64,000 bases of DNA from Candidatus Geocrenenecus dongiae (GTDB taxonomy: Archaea > Thermoproteota > Nitrososphaeria_A > Caldarchaeales > Wolframiiraptoraceae), in contig JALNLN010000006.1 of assembly GCA_023267855.1 (NCBI GenBank), positions 111-64,110 on the forward strand, written 5' to 3'. A program made the translations under genes and the position numbers. The notes beneath the pieces are model-generated. The model saw nothing but the letters and a program-made list of their open reading frames with translations, was not told the DNA's origin and ran no database searches. Positions 10,801 through 19,973 of the stretch are shown one piece after another; within the stretch, counting starts at the first letter, position 1; each line of letters opens with the position of its first letter.

Positions 10801-11715
10801 CCTAGATTAATAGAGATTGTTGATGCTCGTAAAACACCTTCAACACCGATAATGAGAATACCGCTAGAACCAGAATATGCTCAGAATAAAGCTAAAGCTC
10901 AAAAAGTGTTGAAACAGATCCAGTTGACATATCTCATCGATCTTGTTTCAAGTGTTGCATATAACTTGAAGAAAAATGCTGTGATCTTGAAACTCGATGA
11001 AGAAGCTATGAAGAATCATGGTGTAACCTTAAGCCAGATAGAATCAATACTGTCCCAATCAAAATACAGGTATGAAGTTAAAAACGATACGATAACGATA
11101 TACACGACTGAAGGAATAGATATAGATAAGTTTAGAGAAAAATTACTTTCAACAAAAATTAAAGGTGTGAGAAAGATAACTAAAGCAATACTCAAGTACG
11201 AGAATGGAGAATACGTAATACTTACAGAAGGATCAAACCTTAAAGAAATACTTGAAATACCTGGAGTAGATTATAGGAGAGTTTGGACAAACAACATTCA
11301 TGAAATAGCTGAAGTATTAGGAATAGAAGCTGCTAGAAATGCTATAGTGAGAGAGTTAAGAACTGTATTAGAAGAACAAGGTCTAGACGTAGACATTAGA
11401 CATCTCCTCCTACTAGCAGACATGATGACTCTAAGCGGTAGCGTTAAACAGATTGGAAGACATGGAGTAGTTAGGTTAAAGAGCAGTCCGCTTGCTAGAG
11501 CAGCTTTCGAGATAAGCGTCCAGACACTTCTAGACGCAGCTGTAAGAGGAGAAGTAGATACTTTAAGAGGAAACGTAGAACGTATCTTAATAGGTAAGGA
11601 AATACTCGTAGGTGTTGGACAAGTAACACTACTAATGCAGCATCCAGGAGCCGTAGATGGAGGACAGCAGAACCGAGAACAGAGTAGCGAGAGAGAATCA
11701 GGTACACAATCATAA
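7894..11715 (+). CDS. rpoA: DNA-directed RNA polymerase subunit A: A' (aa 1-874) and A'' (aa 875-1273) read as one continuous ORF
   Basis: 1273 aa. NADFDGDEMN catalytic loop and N-terminal zinc-binding CxxC motifs. The A''-like part starts at the internal ATG at 10516, still preceded by the SD-like GGAGAAGGAG. An A6 run (10511-10516) occupies what would be an ATGA stop/start overlap if it were A5. Confidence 0.9.
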   Translation: MSYIGSVSAIKFGILSPEMIREMSVAEIQNPDTYDEDGLPIPGGVMDPRLGTLEPGQRCKTCGNTYLNCPGHFGHIELPVPVIHVGFVKHIHNLLKATCRSCGRILLTDSDIAMYKSKIEEMKASGRISKEVYYKILQKAMSTTTCPHCGERQLKIELEKPTTFIEITEGGPRRLAPHVVRARLERIPDSDLELLDVDPKMARPEWMVLTVLPVPPVYVRPSITLESGFRSEDDLTHKLVDILRVVQRLRENINAGSPSPVIAELADLLQYHVTTYFNNEVPGIAPATHRSGRPLKTLAQRLKGKEGRFRLNLSGKRVDFSARTVISPDPNIDIDQVGVPIEVAMQLTVPERVTEWNIERLRQHVRNGPDKYPGAKYVIRPDGKRIRLKFAQDLDEIANALEPGFIVERHLIDGDIVLFNRQPSLHRMSIMAHRVKILPGKTFRLNLCVCTPYNADFDGDEMNLHVPQSEEAQAEARLLLIVQNNILSPRYGAPIIGAIRDFLTSLYLLTKDGTYLSKKEFSYLLAQIGYEGELPEPEIKEPEPKWSGKQLFSMLLPKDFNHRFKAAFSPEIEVVIENGRLVKGVIDKNAVGVEKANSILHRIMMEHGPEKAKDFLNKLVRIANAYLNLRGFSFGIDDLHVPEEAYKEIEEIFKKMDEAFNALKTDYEKGRIEVRPGETLEQAFESNILQIEKEARDSAGQIVRKYISPNSSAVIMTRTGARGSLLNIDQMVGVVGQQAVRRERIKRGFTDRVLTFFKPGDLSPKARGFVYHSFLKGLDPIEFFFHMAGGRDGLVDTAVRTQQSGYMQRRLVNALEPLYVEYDGTVRIMDDRRIVQFLYGEDGIDPAKSYHGEAVNMEIIMNRLGLKPRGEGEKMKSEEIEEIASRYRNKLPKLVIEKMKKFILDKRLTRDEAERFAREVYKEYLGNRVEPGEAVGIVTAQSIGEPSTQLTLRTFHFAGVREQSILLGLPRLIEIVDARKTPSTPIMRIPLEPEYAQNKAKAQKVLKQIQLTYLIDLVSSVAYNLKKNAVILKLDEEAMKNHGVTLSQIESILSQSKYRYEVKNDTITIYTTEGIDIDKFREKLLSTKIKGVRKITKAILKYENGEYVILTEGSNLKEILEIPGVDYRRVWTNNIHEIAEVLGIEAARNAIVRELRTVLEEQGLDVDIRHLLLLADMMTLSGSVKQIGRHGVVRLKSSPLARAAFEISVQTLLDAAVRGEVDTLRGNVERILIGKEILVGVGQVTLLMQHPGAVDGGQQNREQSSERESGTQS

Positions 11716-11759
11716 CCTATAAATTAACCTCTTCTCAAGATCTTTAGAGATGGTAAGAT

Positions 11760-12107
11760 ATGAGTGTAAAAGAAGAGTTGAAAATAGATATTGATCCAAG
11801 AAGTCTACAGAGACACCTAGAAGTAATTAGTAGAACTGGGAAACTGATCTTTGGTTTTAGACAGAGTAGGATTTCCATACTAAATAAGAAAGCTAAGATG
11901 GTGATATTGGCAAGCAACTGTCCAGCAAGAATTGAGAGAGAGATCAAGATTGCTTGTAAGATAGCGAATACGCCTTACATAAAAGCAGCTGTACCAGGTA
12001 AAGAACTAGGATACATGGCTGGAAAACCATTTTCCGTCTCAGTACTATCAATAATAGACTTCGGAGCTTCAACACTACGAGAAAAACTAGAACAAGCAGA
12101 AGAGTAA
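11760..12107 (+). CDS. rpl30e: Ribosomal protein L30e
   Basis: 115 aa. Conserved position after rpoA'' in the archaeal rpo operon. L30e fold signature (ILASNCP, GKPFSVSV). Confidence 0.8.
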   Translation: MSVKEELKIDIDPRSLQRHLEVISRTGKLIFGFRQSRISILNKKAKMVILASNCPARIEREIKIACKIANTPYIKAAVPGKELGYMAGKPFSVSVLSIIDFGASTLREKLEQAEE

Positions 12108-12212
12108 AGTTAAGCAGGTTGATGAATTACGTTTAAATCATACATTAGACAAAGTTTATATCGAGAAATCTCTGCTGAAATTTTGGTAGAGAGATAGCTG
12201 AGGTTATAGAAA

Positions 12213-12647
12213 TTGAGTGAAGGTGTAAAATTAACAGATAAAGAAATCAAGTACATCTCATTATTTGAAGCAGCTACTGGAGTATCTGTAATAGATTGTA
12301 TTGAATACGGAGATACTCTAGTCTTTGTAGTTAATACTGGTGAATTAAAGAAAGTTGTAGCTGGCAGAGGTATAAAGATACAACAATTCTCAAAAATCGT
12401 AAAGAAGAAGATTAAGGTTGTAGAATACTCACAAGATCCATCAAAATTTATCGAGAATGCTATTCTACCAGCAAAAGTAATAGAACCTGTAAGAATAACA
12501 GAACGTACAAACGGTAAAAAGATAGCCGTGGTTACAGTAGACCCAAAACAGAGAGGTATAGCTATCGGGAAAAACGGTAAAACAATAGAACTTGTAAGAA
12601 TGTTGGCAAAAAGGCATCACCAAATAGACCACGTAGTCATTACATAA
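12213..12647 (+). CDS. nusA: Archaeal NusA-like transcription termination factor (KH domains)
   Basis: 144 aa. KH-domain GKxGK motifs (GIAIGKNGKTIELV; AGRGIKIQQ). Conserved position after L30e. TTG start. Confidence 0.75.
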   Translation: MSEGVKLTDKEIKYISLFEAATGVSVIDCIEYGDTLVFVVNTGELKKVVAGRGIKIQQFSKIVKKKIKVVEYSQDPSKFIENAILPAKVIEPVRITERTNGKKIAVVTVDPKQRGIAIGKNGKTIELVRMLAKRHHQIDHVVIT

Positions 12648-12840
12648 CTCTGAAAGCTCTAATTCTTGGGTACCAAGTACAAAGTGTAATATTTTATTAA
12701 AATAGTTGAAAATCTAAAACTAATATGACTGGTATCAATATAATCTTAAAAAGAGAATATGTACAGAAAAAATATAAATTCAAGTTTATATCCTAAGAAT
12801 TCCAAAGATTCTATTGAAGTTCTCGAGGAGGGTGGTTGAA

Positions 12841-15534
12841 ATGTCGTCAGAAAATAAATCTAGAGTACTTCTTTTCGAGGAAGCCGTAGGATTAACAAAG
12901 TTTGAGCTTGGTGGTAAAGGTTACGGTTTGGTTGAAATGACGAGGATAGGTCTACCAGTACCACCTGGACTAAATATACCAACTTATGTTTGTAAAGAGT
13001 ATTATGAGACTGGACGTTTACCAGATGGTTTACTAGATGAAGTTAGAGAAAAACTTAAAGTTATTGAAGAAAGAGTTGGTAGAATTTTTGGTTCTCCTGA
13101 AAGACCTTTACTCGTTTCCGTACGTTCTGGAGCACCTTACTCTATGCCTGGAATGATGGATACAATACTCAACTTAGGTTTAAATGATGAAATAGTTAAG
13201 GGTTTAGCAAAAGAAACAGGTGATGAAAGATTCGCATACGATTGTTATAGAAGATTTATACAGATGTTTGGAAGAATCGTCATGGGTGTTAAAGATGAGA
13301 AATTTGATGAGATTATGGAAGAGCATAAGAAGAAGCTTGGCGTAAAACATGACGTAGAGATACCTGCAGAAGAATTGAAGAAAATTATAGAAGAATTTAA
13401 AGAACTTATCAAGAAGGAAACTGGTAGAGATTTTCCACAGAATCCATGGAAACAGCTTGAGATGGCTATTGAAGCAGTCTTTAAATCATGGAATAATCCT
13501 AGGGCGATAGTCTATAGGAAGGCTTACAATATCCCAGATGATCTCTATACAGCTGTAAACATCCAGATGATGGTATTTGGAAACATGGGTTATGATTCAG
13601 GAACAGGTGTAGGGTTCACTAGAAACCCATCTACAGGAGAGAAGAAACTCTATGGAGAATATCTTCTAAATGCTCAAGGTGAAGACGTAGTTGCAGGAAT
13701 CAGAACACCTAAACCAATAGAAGAATTAAAGAACGATCTACCTCAAGTATACGAGGAACTTTTGAGAGTATCTGAATTACTTGAGAAACATTTTAGAGAG
13801 ATGCAGGATTTCGAGTTCACGATACAGGAAGGTAAACTCTATTTACTCCAAACTAGAAATGGTAAGAGGACAGCACAAGCAGCCGTAAAAATAGCTGTAG
13901 ACATGGTTAATGAAGGTTTGATAACTAAGGAGGAAGCTATAGCGAGAATAGATCCAAATGATCTAAACCAACTACTACATCCAAGAATAGACCCAAACGT
14001 TAAAGCTAAACCAATAGCTAGAGGACTGAATGCTTCTCCAGGAGCAGCCACAGGTAAAGTAGTATTTACAGCAGATGAAGCAACTGAGCTAGCTGCGAAA
14101 GGTGAGAAGATAATACTCGTTAGACCTGAAACTAAGCCTGAAGATATTCATGGAATCATAGCTGCTCAAGGTATACTAACTAGTAGAGGTGGTATGACGA
14201 GCCATGCAGCTGTAGTTGCACGTGGTATGGGTAAGCCTGCGGTCGTAGGTGCAGAGATGATAAAGATAGACTTGGAGAAAGAAATCTTCACTGTAAATGG
14301 AGTACAGGTAAAGAAATATGACGTAATAACTATAGATGGTACAACTGGCAACGTGTATCTAGGTGCTATACCAACAATAGAACCTGAATTAAGTGAAGAG
14401 TTGAAGATATTGCTGAGCTGGGCTGATGAAATTAGAAGACTCGGTGTTAGAGCAAATGCTGAGACACCTCAAGCGGCTAGGAAAGCTAGAGAATTTGGAG
14501 CTGAAGGTATTGGCTTAGCTAGAACAGAGAGAATGTTTAATGCTCCAGACAGACTTCCAATAGTCTACGAACTGATTTTTGCTGAGAATGAAGAAGAACG
14601 ATGGAGAGCGTTAAACAAGCTTTTACCTATGTTCAAATCAGATTTCAAAGAAATCTTTAGAGAGATGGTTGGCTACCCTGTAACCGTGAGATTACTAGAT
14701 TTACCTCTCCACGAATTCTTACCGAGGATAGAAGAACTCGTACAACGTGTAACAGAATTAAGGATGATAGTTAAGAGTAAGAAGAAAGGTTACAAGAAAG
14801 CTATGAAAGAACTTGAAGAAAAAGAGAAGATATTGAAGAAAGCTCTTCAACTGGCTGAGCATAATCCTATGATAGGTCATAGAGGATGTAGGCTTGGGAT
14901 AACGTATCCAGAGATCTACAGAGTTCAGACAAGAGCTATACTTGAAGCAGCACTAGAGTTGAAGAGAGATGAAAAGAAAGAAGTGCATGTTGAGATAATG
15001 GTACCTCTGGTGAGTGAGGTAAATGAGCTAAAGATACTGAGACAGATAATTGAAGACGAAGCTGAGAAAGTGTTTAGAGAATTTGGAGATAGAGTAGAAT
15101 TGCATATAGGAACAATGATAGAGACACCTAGAGCAGCATTAACAGCTTCAGAGATAGCTAGATACGCAGACTTCTTCAGTTACGGCACAAATGATCTTAC
15201 ACAAACAACGTTCGGCTTCAGTAGAGATGATGTTGAAGCGAAATTCATGGCCCAGTACCTTGAGAAGAAGATCTTACCGTACAATCCATTTGAGATAATA
15301 GATGAGAAAGGTGTCGGCAGACTCATTAAGATAGGTACGAGAGAAGGTAAAGAAGCAAACCCGAAGCTAGTAGTTGGAATCTGCGGAGAACATGGTGGAG
15401 AACCAAAGAGCATAAAATTCTTCGAAGAAGCTGGACTAGACTATGTAAGCTGCTCACCATACCGTGTACCAATAGCACGTCTAGCAGCAGCCCAAGCAAG
15501 ACTGAAAGAACTCACCATAAAAATAACCGTATAA
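12841..15534 (+). CDS. ppdK: Pyruvate, phosphate dikinase
   Basis: PEP-utilising enzyme mobile-domain histidine (GGMTSHAAVVARG), a C-terminal TIM barrel and an N-terminal ATP-grasp. The track start at 12814 is TTG; the ATG at 12841 with GGAGGGTGG SD gives MSSENKS. Confidence 0.9.
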   Translation: MSSENKSRVLLFEEAVGLTKFELGGKGYGLVEMTRIGLPVPPGLNIPTYVCKEYYETGRLPDGLLDEVREKLKVIEERVGRIFGSPERPLLVSVRSGAPYSMPGMMDTILNLGLNDEIVKGLAKETGDERFAYDCYRRFIQMFGRIVMGVKDEKFDEIMEEHKKKLGVKHDVEIPAEELKKIIEEFKELIKKETGRDFPQNPWKQLEMAIEAVFKSWNNPRAIVYRKAYNIPDDLYTAVNIQMMVFGNMGYDSGTGVGFTRNPSTGEKKLYGEYLLNAQGEDVVAGIRTPKPIEELKNDLPQVYEELLRVSELLEKHFREMQDFEFTIQEGKLYLLQTRNGKRTAQAAVKIAVDMVNEGLITKEEAIARIDPNDLNQLLHPRIDPNVKAKPIARGLNASPGAATGKVVFTADEATELAAKGEKIILVRPETKPEDIHGIIAAQGILTSRGGMTSHAAVVARGMGKPAVVGAEMIKIDLEKEIFTVNGVQVKKYDVITIDGTTGNVYLGAIPTIEPELSEELKILLSWADEIRRLGVRANAETPQAARKAREFGAEGIGLARTERMFNAPDRLPIVYELIFAENEEERWRALNKLLPMFKSDFKEIFREMVGYPVTVRLLDLPLHEFLPRIEELVQRVTELRMIVKSKKKGYKKAMKELEEKEKILKKALQLAEHNPMIGHRGCRLGITYPEIYRVQTRAILEAALELKRDEKKEVHVEIMVPLVSEVNELKILRQIIEDEAEKVFREFGDRVELHIGTMIETPRAALTASEIARYADFFSYGTNDLTQTTFGFSRDDVEAKFMAQYLEKKILPYNPFEIIDEKGVGRLIKIGTREGKEANPKLVVGICGEHGGEPKSIKFFEEAGLDYVSCSPYRVPIARLAAAQARLKELTIKITV

Positions 15535-15634
15535 ACCAGACATATATTAAACATAGATCTGAAACCCTCTGAACTTCCCAATACTCATCTAGAAATCTTA
15601 TAATCATCCTAAACTTACCTAGAAACGTAGATAC

Positions 15635-17386
15635 ATGTCTAGAATAACAGGAGGAGAAGTCTTAAAACGATGCTTAATACAAGAAAACGCGAAGTATGTA
15701 TTCGGAGTACCTGGAGACCAGCTGTACCCATTTTTAGATGCAGTATATAGAGATGAAAGAATAGAATTTATTACGATGCGTCATGAAGCAGCGGCGGCTC
15801 ACGCAGCTGATGCATGGTCAAGATTAACGGGGAAGCCTGGTGTCTGTATTGCTACAGTAGGTCCGGGAGCCGCCAATCTTGTATCAGGAGTTTATCCAGC
15901 CTACGCAGACAGTATACCGATGATTGTCATCACTGCACAGAATCAAAGTTGGCAATCTTATCCAGATCGTGGTTCTCAGCAAGCTTTAGATCAACTAACA
16001 CTTTTCAAAGCGGTAACTAAATGGAATGCAATTGTATCACACTGGAAGCGTATTCCAGAGTTGGTGAAATGGGCTTTTAGAATAGCTTTATCAGGTAGAC
16101 CTGGCCCAGTCCATCTAGATATCCCATCAGACATACTGTACCAGACTGGTGAAGAAAACGAAGTCGAGATTGCTTCTCCACAATCCTATAGACCGTTAAC
16201 CCAACCCGTCGGCGACCATAACTTGATAGAGGTAGCTGCGAAAATGTTGGCGGAAGCTGAAAGACCGTTGATTCATGTAGGTGGAGGTGTACTGCGTTCA
16301 GGGGCTTCACAAGAAGTTATCGAGCTTGCAGAATATCTTCAAGCACCTATAACCACCTCACCTAGTAGTAGAGGAGCTGTACCAGAGGATCATCCACTCT
16401 ATCTCATATCTGCATGTCCTGGAAATGGAGCTATAGTAGCACAAGTAGAAGCAGAAGTAGTATTAGTTGTTGGATGTAGGCTTGGAGCACTAGATATGTG
16501 GGGTAGACCTCCAGCATGGGGGGAACCAGGTAGACAGAAAGTTATCCAGATAGATATTTCAGGAGAAGCTATAGGTCTCAACCGCCCAGTAGATGTTGGA
16601 ATAGTGGGAGATGCGAAATCTACTCTTAGAAGGCTTCTCGAAGTATTAAAGAAGTATACCCCTCCCAGGAAAGAGAATAAGTATCTTCAAGACTACAAGA
16701 ATATTGAAAAAGCTTGGTTAAATGAATTCGAAGAACTATCTAGGCTTGACACGATCCCTATACATCCACTTAGAGTAATAAGAGAGGTTAGAGAATTCTT
16801 TCCGAGAAATGCTATCGCAATAATAGATGGAGGAAATACCTCGGTATGGGCTTTCTATTTACATAGAGTCTATGAGCCTGGGACTCTGCTGAATTGTGCA
16901 AGCGGTGATTCAGGTCACCTTGGAACAAGCATACCTTATGCGATAGCAGCTAAACTCGTATATCCTGACCGCCAAGTCTACTGCATAACAGGCGATGGAG
17001 CATTCGGCTTCAACATCCAAGAACTTGAAACAATTAGCAGACTAAGACTACCAGCAGTATTCATTGTGATGAATGATCGTGCATGGGGGATGATAAGATC
17101 AGGTCAAACATTATTCTATTCTAAGAGATATGTCGGAGTAGATTTTACAGATATCAGATACGATAAGATAGCTCAGGCAATGAATTGTTATGGTGAGAGA
17201 GTAGTTGAACCTAGAGAGATCAAACCTGCATTGGAAAGAGCTGTAAAGTCTGGTCTACCTGCAGTCATAGATGTAGTGGTTGATAGAGAAGCTATACCCC
17301 CAGACTTCAAGACGCTGGCAGCAATATGGCTAGAAGGATGTGAAATACCTGAAGAAATTGAAATCGAAGTAGAAGCATTAAGATGA
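15635..17386 (+). CDS. Thiamine-diphosphate enzyme of the acetolactate synthase / pyruvate decarboxylase-oxidase family
   Basis: 583 aa with the three-domain TPP-enzyme layout. GDGAF-type TPP-binding motif (ITGDGAFGFN) and an N-terminal pyrimidine-binding domain. No adjacent AHAS small subunit. Confidence 0.75.
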   Translation: MSRITGGEVLKRCLIQENAKYVFGVPGDQLYPFLDAVYRDERIEFITMRHEAAAAHAADAWSRLTGKPGVCIATVGPGAANLVSGVYPAYADSIPMIVITAQNQSWQSYPDRGSQQALDQLTLFKAVTKWNAIVSHWKRIPELVKWAFRIALSGRPGPVHLDIPSDILYQTGEENEVEIASPQSYRPLTQPVGDHNLIEVAAKMLAEAERPLIHVGGGVLRSGASQEVIELAEYLQAPITTSPSSRGAVPEDHPLYLISACPGNGAIVAQVEAEVVLVVGCRLGALDMWGRPPAWGEPGRQKVIQIDISGEAIGLNRPVDVGIVGDAKSTLRRLLEVLKKYTPPRKENKYLQDYKNIEKAWLNEFEELSRLDTIPIHPLRVIREVREFFPRNAIAIIDGGNTSVWAFYLHRVYEPGTLLNCASGDSGHLGTSIPYAIAAKLVYPDRQVYCITGDGAFGFNIQELETISRLRLPAVFIVMNDRAWGMIRSGQTLFYSKRYVGVDFTDIRYDKIAQAMNCYGERVVEPREIKPALERAVKSGLPAVIDVVVDREAIPPDFKTLAAIWLEGCEIPEEIEIEVEALR

Positions 17387-17430
17387 TGATAGGTAGAGAC
17401 GTATAACTTATGCTAACATATATCCCAACA

Positions 17431-17440
17431 TTTTTTGTTT
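17431..17440 (+). terminator. Oligo-T tract (TTTTTTGTTT) downstream of the TPP-enzyme gene, between convergent genes
   Basis: T6 run about 45 nt after the stop. Archaeal terminators are oligo-T stretches. Confidence 0.35.
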
Positions 17441-17456
17441 CTCGATTCTCGATTAG

Positions 17457-18623
17457 CTAGAAATCTATCTTTCTTCCTTCATAAGCGTATCTGTAGAGAT
17501 TTACGTAGTCTTCCCGACTGGGTATCCGAGGATTAGCTATAGTTCCAGTAGACATCATCGCTTTATCAACAAGTTCATCTAGATTTTTCTCAAACTCTTC
17601 TCTACTTATTCCAAGATCTCTAATCGTTAAGGGTTCACCAACTTCTATGAGAAGTTCTCTGATCCTTTGAATAAATTTTCTAAGAATCTCCTCATAGTTT
17701 TCTCCTCCTATTCCAACTGCTTGAGCTAGCTCAATGTATCTGTCTCCAGCTTCTCTGAGATTGTATTCTATTGACGGTATTAGTACTGCTGATATAGTTC
17801 GACCGTGAGGGATTTTGAATAAAGCTCCAATAGCATGCCCCATAGCATGTGCTACACCTATCTGAGAGTTGCTGAAGGCTGCTCCTGCAAGCATAGCTGC
17901 GTAATGCATCTTCTCTCTAGCCTCTCTATCTCTAGAATCTCTAAAAGATCTTGGAAGATATGTGAAGATGATCTTTATTGCTGCGATTGCAAGTACATCT
18001 GATATATCATTTCTCCACCGTGAGACATATCCTTCCATAGCGTTAGCTAATGCATCTACACCTGTATCTGCGACTAGTCTAGAAGGCATGGAGAGGGTAA
18101 ACTCGGGGTCTAGAATCACGATATCTGGAACTACTTCTCTAGAAGCTAGCTCCATTTTCCTCTTCTCCTTATTGTCTGTAATTACTATGGCCCATGAAGC
18201 TTCAGACCCTGAACCGCTAGTAGTAGGAATAGCTATCATCTTGGCTTTATTTCTTAAACCAAGTTTTGTTAAGGGGTTTATTTCATCAATCTTTACGTCT
18301 GGACGTTCATATAGAACCCAGACAGCCTTCGCAGTATCTATAGAGCTTCCACCTCCCAAAGCTATTATCCAGTCTGGTTGATATTCTCTAACAATCTCAA
18401 CACATTTGAGAACATTCTCAACGGACGGCTCAGCCTCAACCTCATCAAAGATCTTTACATCTAATCCAGCCTCTTCAAGATAACTCTTGATCTTATCCAC
18501 GAAGCCTAAGCTAACTATCACTCTATCAGTAACTATGAATGCTTTCCTACCTTCTATCAATTTCAGGTACTCGGATGCTTCATCAGCGATAACTATTGTT
18601 CTAGGTAGAGTAATCTCCCACAT
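17457..18623 (-). CDS. Iron-containing (group III) alcohol dehydrogenase
   Basis: 388 aa. GGGSSIDTAK NAD-binding motif and His-rich metal site (HAMGHAIG). ATG with GGAG SD. Confidence 0.8.
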   Translation of the reverse strand: MWEITLPRTIVIADEASEYLKLIEGRKAFIVTDRVIVSLGFVDKIKSYLEEAGLDVKIFDEVEAEPSVENVLKCVEIVREYQPDWIIALGGGSSIDTAKAVWVLYERPDVKIDEINPLTKLGLRNKAKMIAIPTTSGSGSEASWAIVITDNKEKRKMELASREVVPDIVILDPEFTLSMPSRLVADTGVDALANAMEGYVSRWRNDISDVLAIAAIKIIFTYLPRSFRDSRDREAREKMHYAAMLAGAAFSNSQIGVAHAMGHAIGALFKIPHGRTISAVLIPSIEYNLREAGDRYIELAQAVGIGGENYEEILRKFIQRIRELLIEVGEPLTIRDLGISREEFEKNLDELVDKAMMSTGTIANPRIPSREDYVNLYRYAYEGRKIDF

Positions 18624-18643
18624 ATTCTCCCAAACACTATGTT

Positions 18644-19069
18644 CTAGATAGTAAATTCTGTAGGAATTCTAGATGCTGTCTTAACAAGTTCCGATGCTGC
18701 TTTAGTGTATCTTAAAATCTTACCCATATCACCTTCAAGCTTGAATTTCCGCATCATTATAGCATGTATAGGGTCGAGCTGACCCATAATAAGTTTCTTC
18801 CAATTAGAATACGGTCCTTCAAGTACAAATGCTGTTTTCTTTGCTTCTCTACTCGGAAGCATACATGCTTCTCTACACTTACCATGCCATAGATCTACAT
18901 AAAAGACTATTTCTTTCTCCACACCCTCACCTGGAGATATTATAAATAGGAAATCGCCTTCCCAATCTTTAGCAGCTTCCTCATAAGCTTTATTCTTATT
19001 CAATTCTTCTTTATATGCTCTAATCCATTCTTCACTAGGAAACTTATACTTCTCCAACCTAAACCACAA
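18644..19069 (-). CDS. SCP2 (sterol-carrier-protein-2) domain protein
   Basis: 141 aa. C-terminal SCP2-like amphipathic region (MMRKFKLEGDMGKILRYTKA). TTG start. Confidence 0.45.
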   Translation of the reverse strand: MWFRLEKYKFPSEEWIRAYKEELNKNKAYEEAAKDWEGDFLFIISPGEGVEKEIVFYVDLWHGKCREACMLPSREAKKTAFVLEGPYSNWKKLIMGQLDPIHAIMMRKFKLEGDMGKILRYTKAASELVKTASRIPTEFTI

Positions 19070-19418
19070 ATAACGTATTCTAGAAAACCAATATTAATTT
19101 TTCCAATATTGATTTACTATTAAACGTAGTTCTGCTCCACGGTGTCCACTCAAGTATTAAAATTAAGAATAGGGAGCCGTAACTACTAGAAATTTAACAA
19201 CTGGTTCTCTAAAATCTACCACTAATAAATCCTATGACAATATTGCGAAAAAATATTGTTTCCAGCAACCTCACGTTAGTAGAAGCATCGAAGTAGATTT
19301 GATAGATGAATTAAGTGGGATTTTATCTAATTAGAACCCTACTGTATGTTAATACTTTTGTTCTTCTTAGTGTAGAAGTAAAAGTTTATGAAATGCTATT
19401 TATTATCAGATTCTTGGA

Positions 19419-19847
19419 ATGGGTAACGGAGAGTTTGCGGCTAGAAAGCTGAGACAAAATAGGAAGAAGTTTAGATGGAGTCAAAGAGATTACAGAGTCA
19501 GAATGCTTAGACTTAAAGAAAAATTCGACCCTCTTGAAGGAGCACCCATGGCTAGAGGAATAGTAATACAGAAAGTTGGAATAGAGTCTAGGCAACCTAA
19601 CTCAGCAGTAAGGAAAGCTGTGAGAGTTCAGTTAATAAAGAATGGGAAAGTCGTAACAGCATTCTGTCCAGGAGATGGAGCTCTAAACGTTATTGATGAA
19701 CACGACGAAGTAATAATCTCAGGTATAGGAGGTACGTTAGGTCGTTCTATGGGCGATCTACCAGGTGTACGTTACAAAGTCGAGCTTGTCAATGGTGTCC
19801 CCCTCAAATTACTAATTCTAGGTAAAGTTAAGAAGCCTAGACGCTAA
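19419..19847 (+). CDS. rps12: Ribosomal protein S12 (uS12)
   Basis: 142 aa. PNSAVRK and the [14 protein letters not shown] signature. Confidence 0.9.
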   Translation: MGNGEFAARKLRQNRKKFRWSQRDYRVRMLRLKEKFDPLEGAPMARGIVIQKVGIESRQPNSAVRKAVRVQLIKNGKVVTAFCPGDGALNVIDEHDEVIISGIGGTLGRSMGDLPGVRYKVELVNGVPLKLLILGKVKKPRR

Positions 19848-19973
19848 AATAAAGAGAGATATATACCATAATTTTCTTGATCTTGATAATGTATATTCAT
19901 GTCTATCGGGTTTACGTATTAATATGAGTATTTCAAAACCCTTATAACCTATATTCACTAAAGATACATAGTT

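Noticed and set aside
4860-11713. Numerous 60-125-aa ORFs on the minus strand inside rpoB and rpoA (for example 4860-5126, 8349-8726, 8790-9152, 9480-9764, 11495-11713)
   Set aside because: They lie entirely antisense to highly conserved RNAP coding sequence. They are Ser/Leu-rich and low-complexity, with no SD or promoter context. These are typical shadow ORFs of an AT-rich genome.
12814-12840. TTG/GTG-initiated N-terminal extensions in the ORF track (PPDK 12814, tuf 29488, thiolase 41679, HMGCS 42790, the 52944 ORF at 54011)
   Set aside because: In each case a downstream ATG with a better SD and a homology-supported N-terminus exists. The track evidently translates alternative starts as M, so the longer forms are likely artefacts.
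19070-19418. Candidate C/D-box sRNA or other ncRNA in the 349-bp divergent region upstream of rps12
   Set aside because: No RUGAUGA C box or CUGA D box pair in the right spacing. Only a small hairpin was seen (CAATATTgcgaaaaAATATTG), which is not enough to call.
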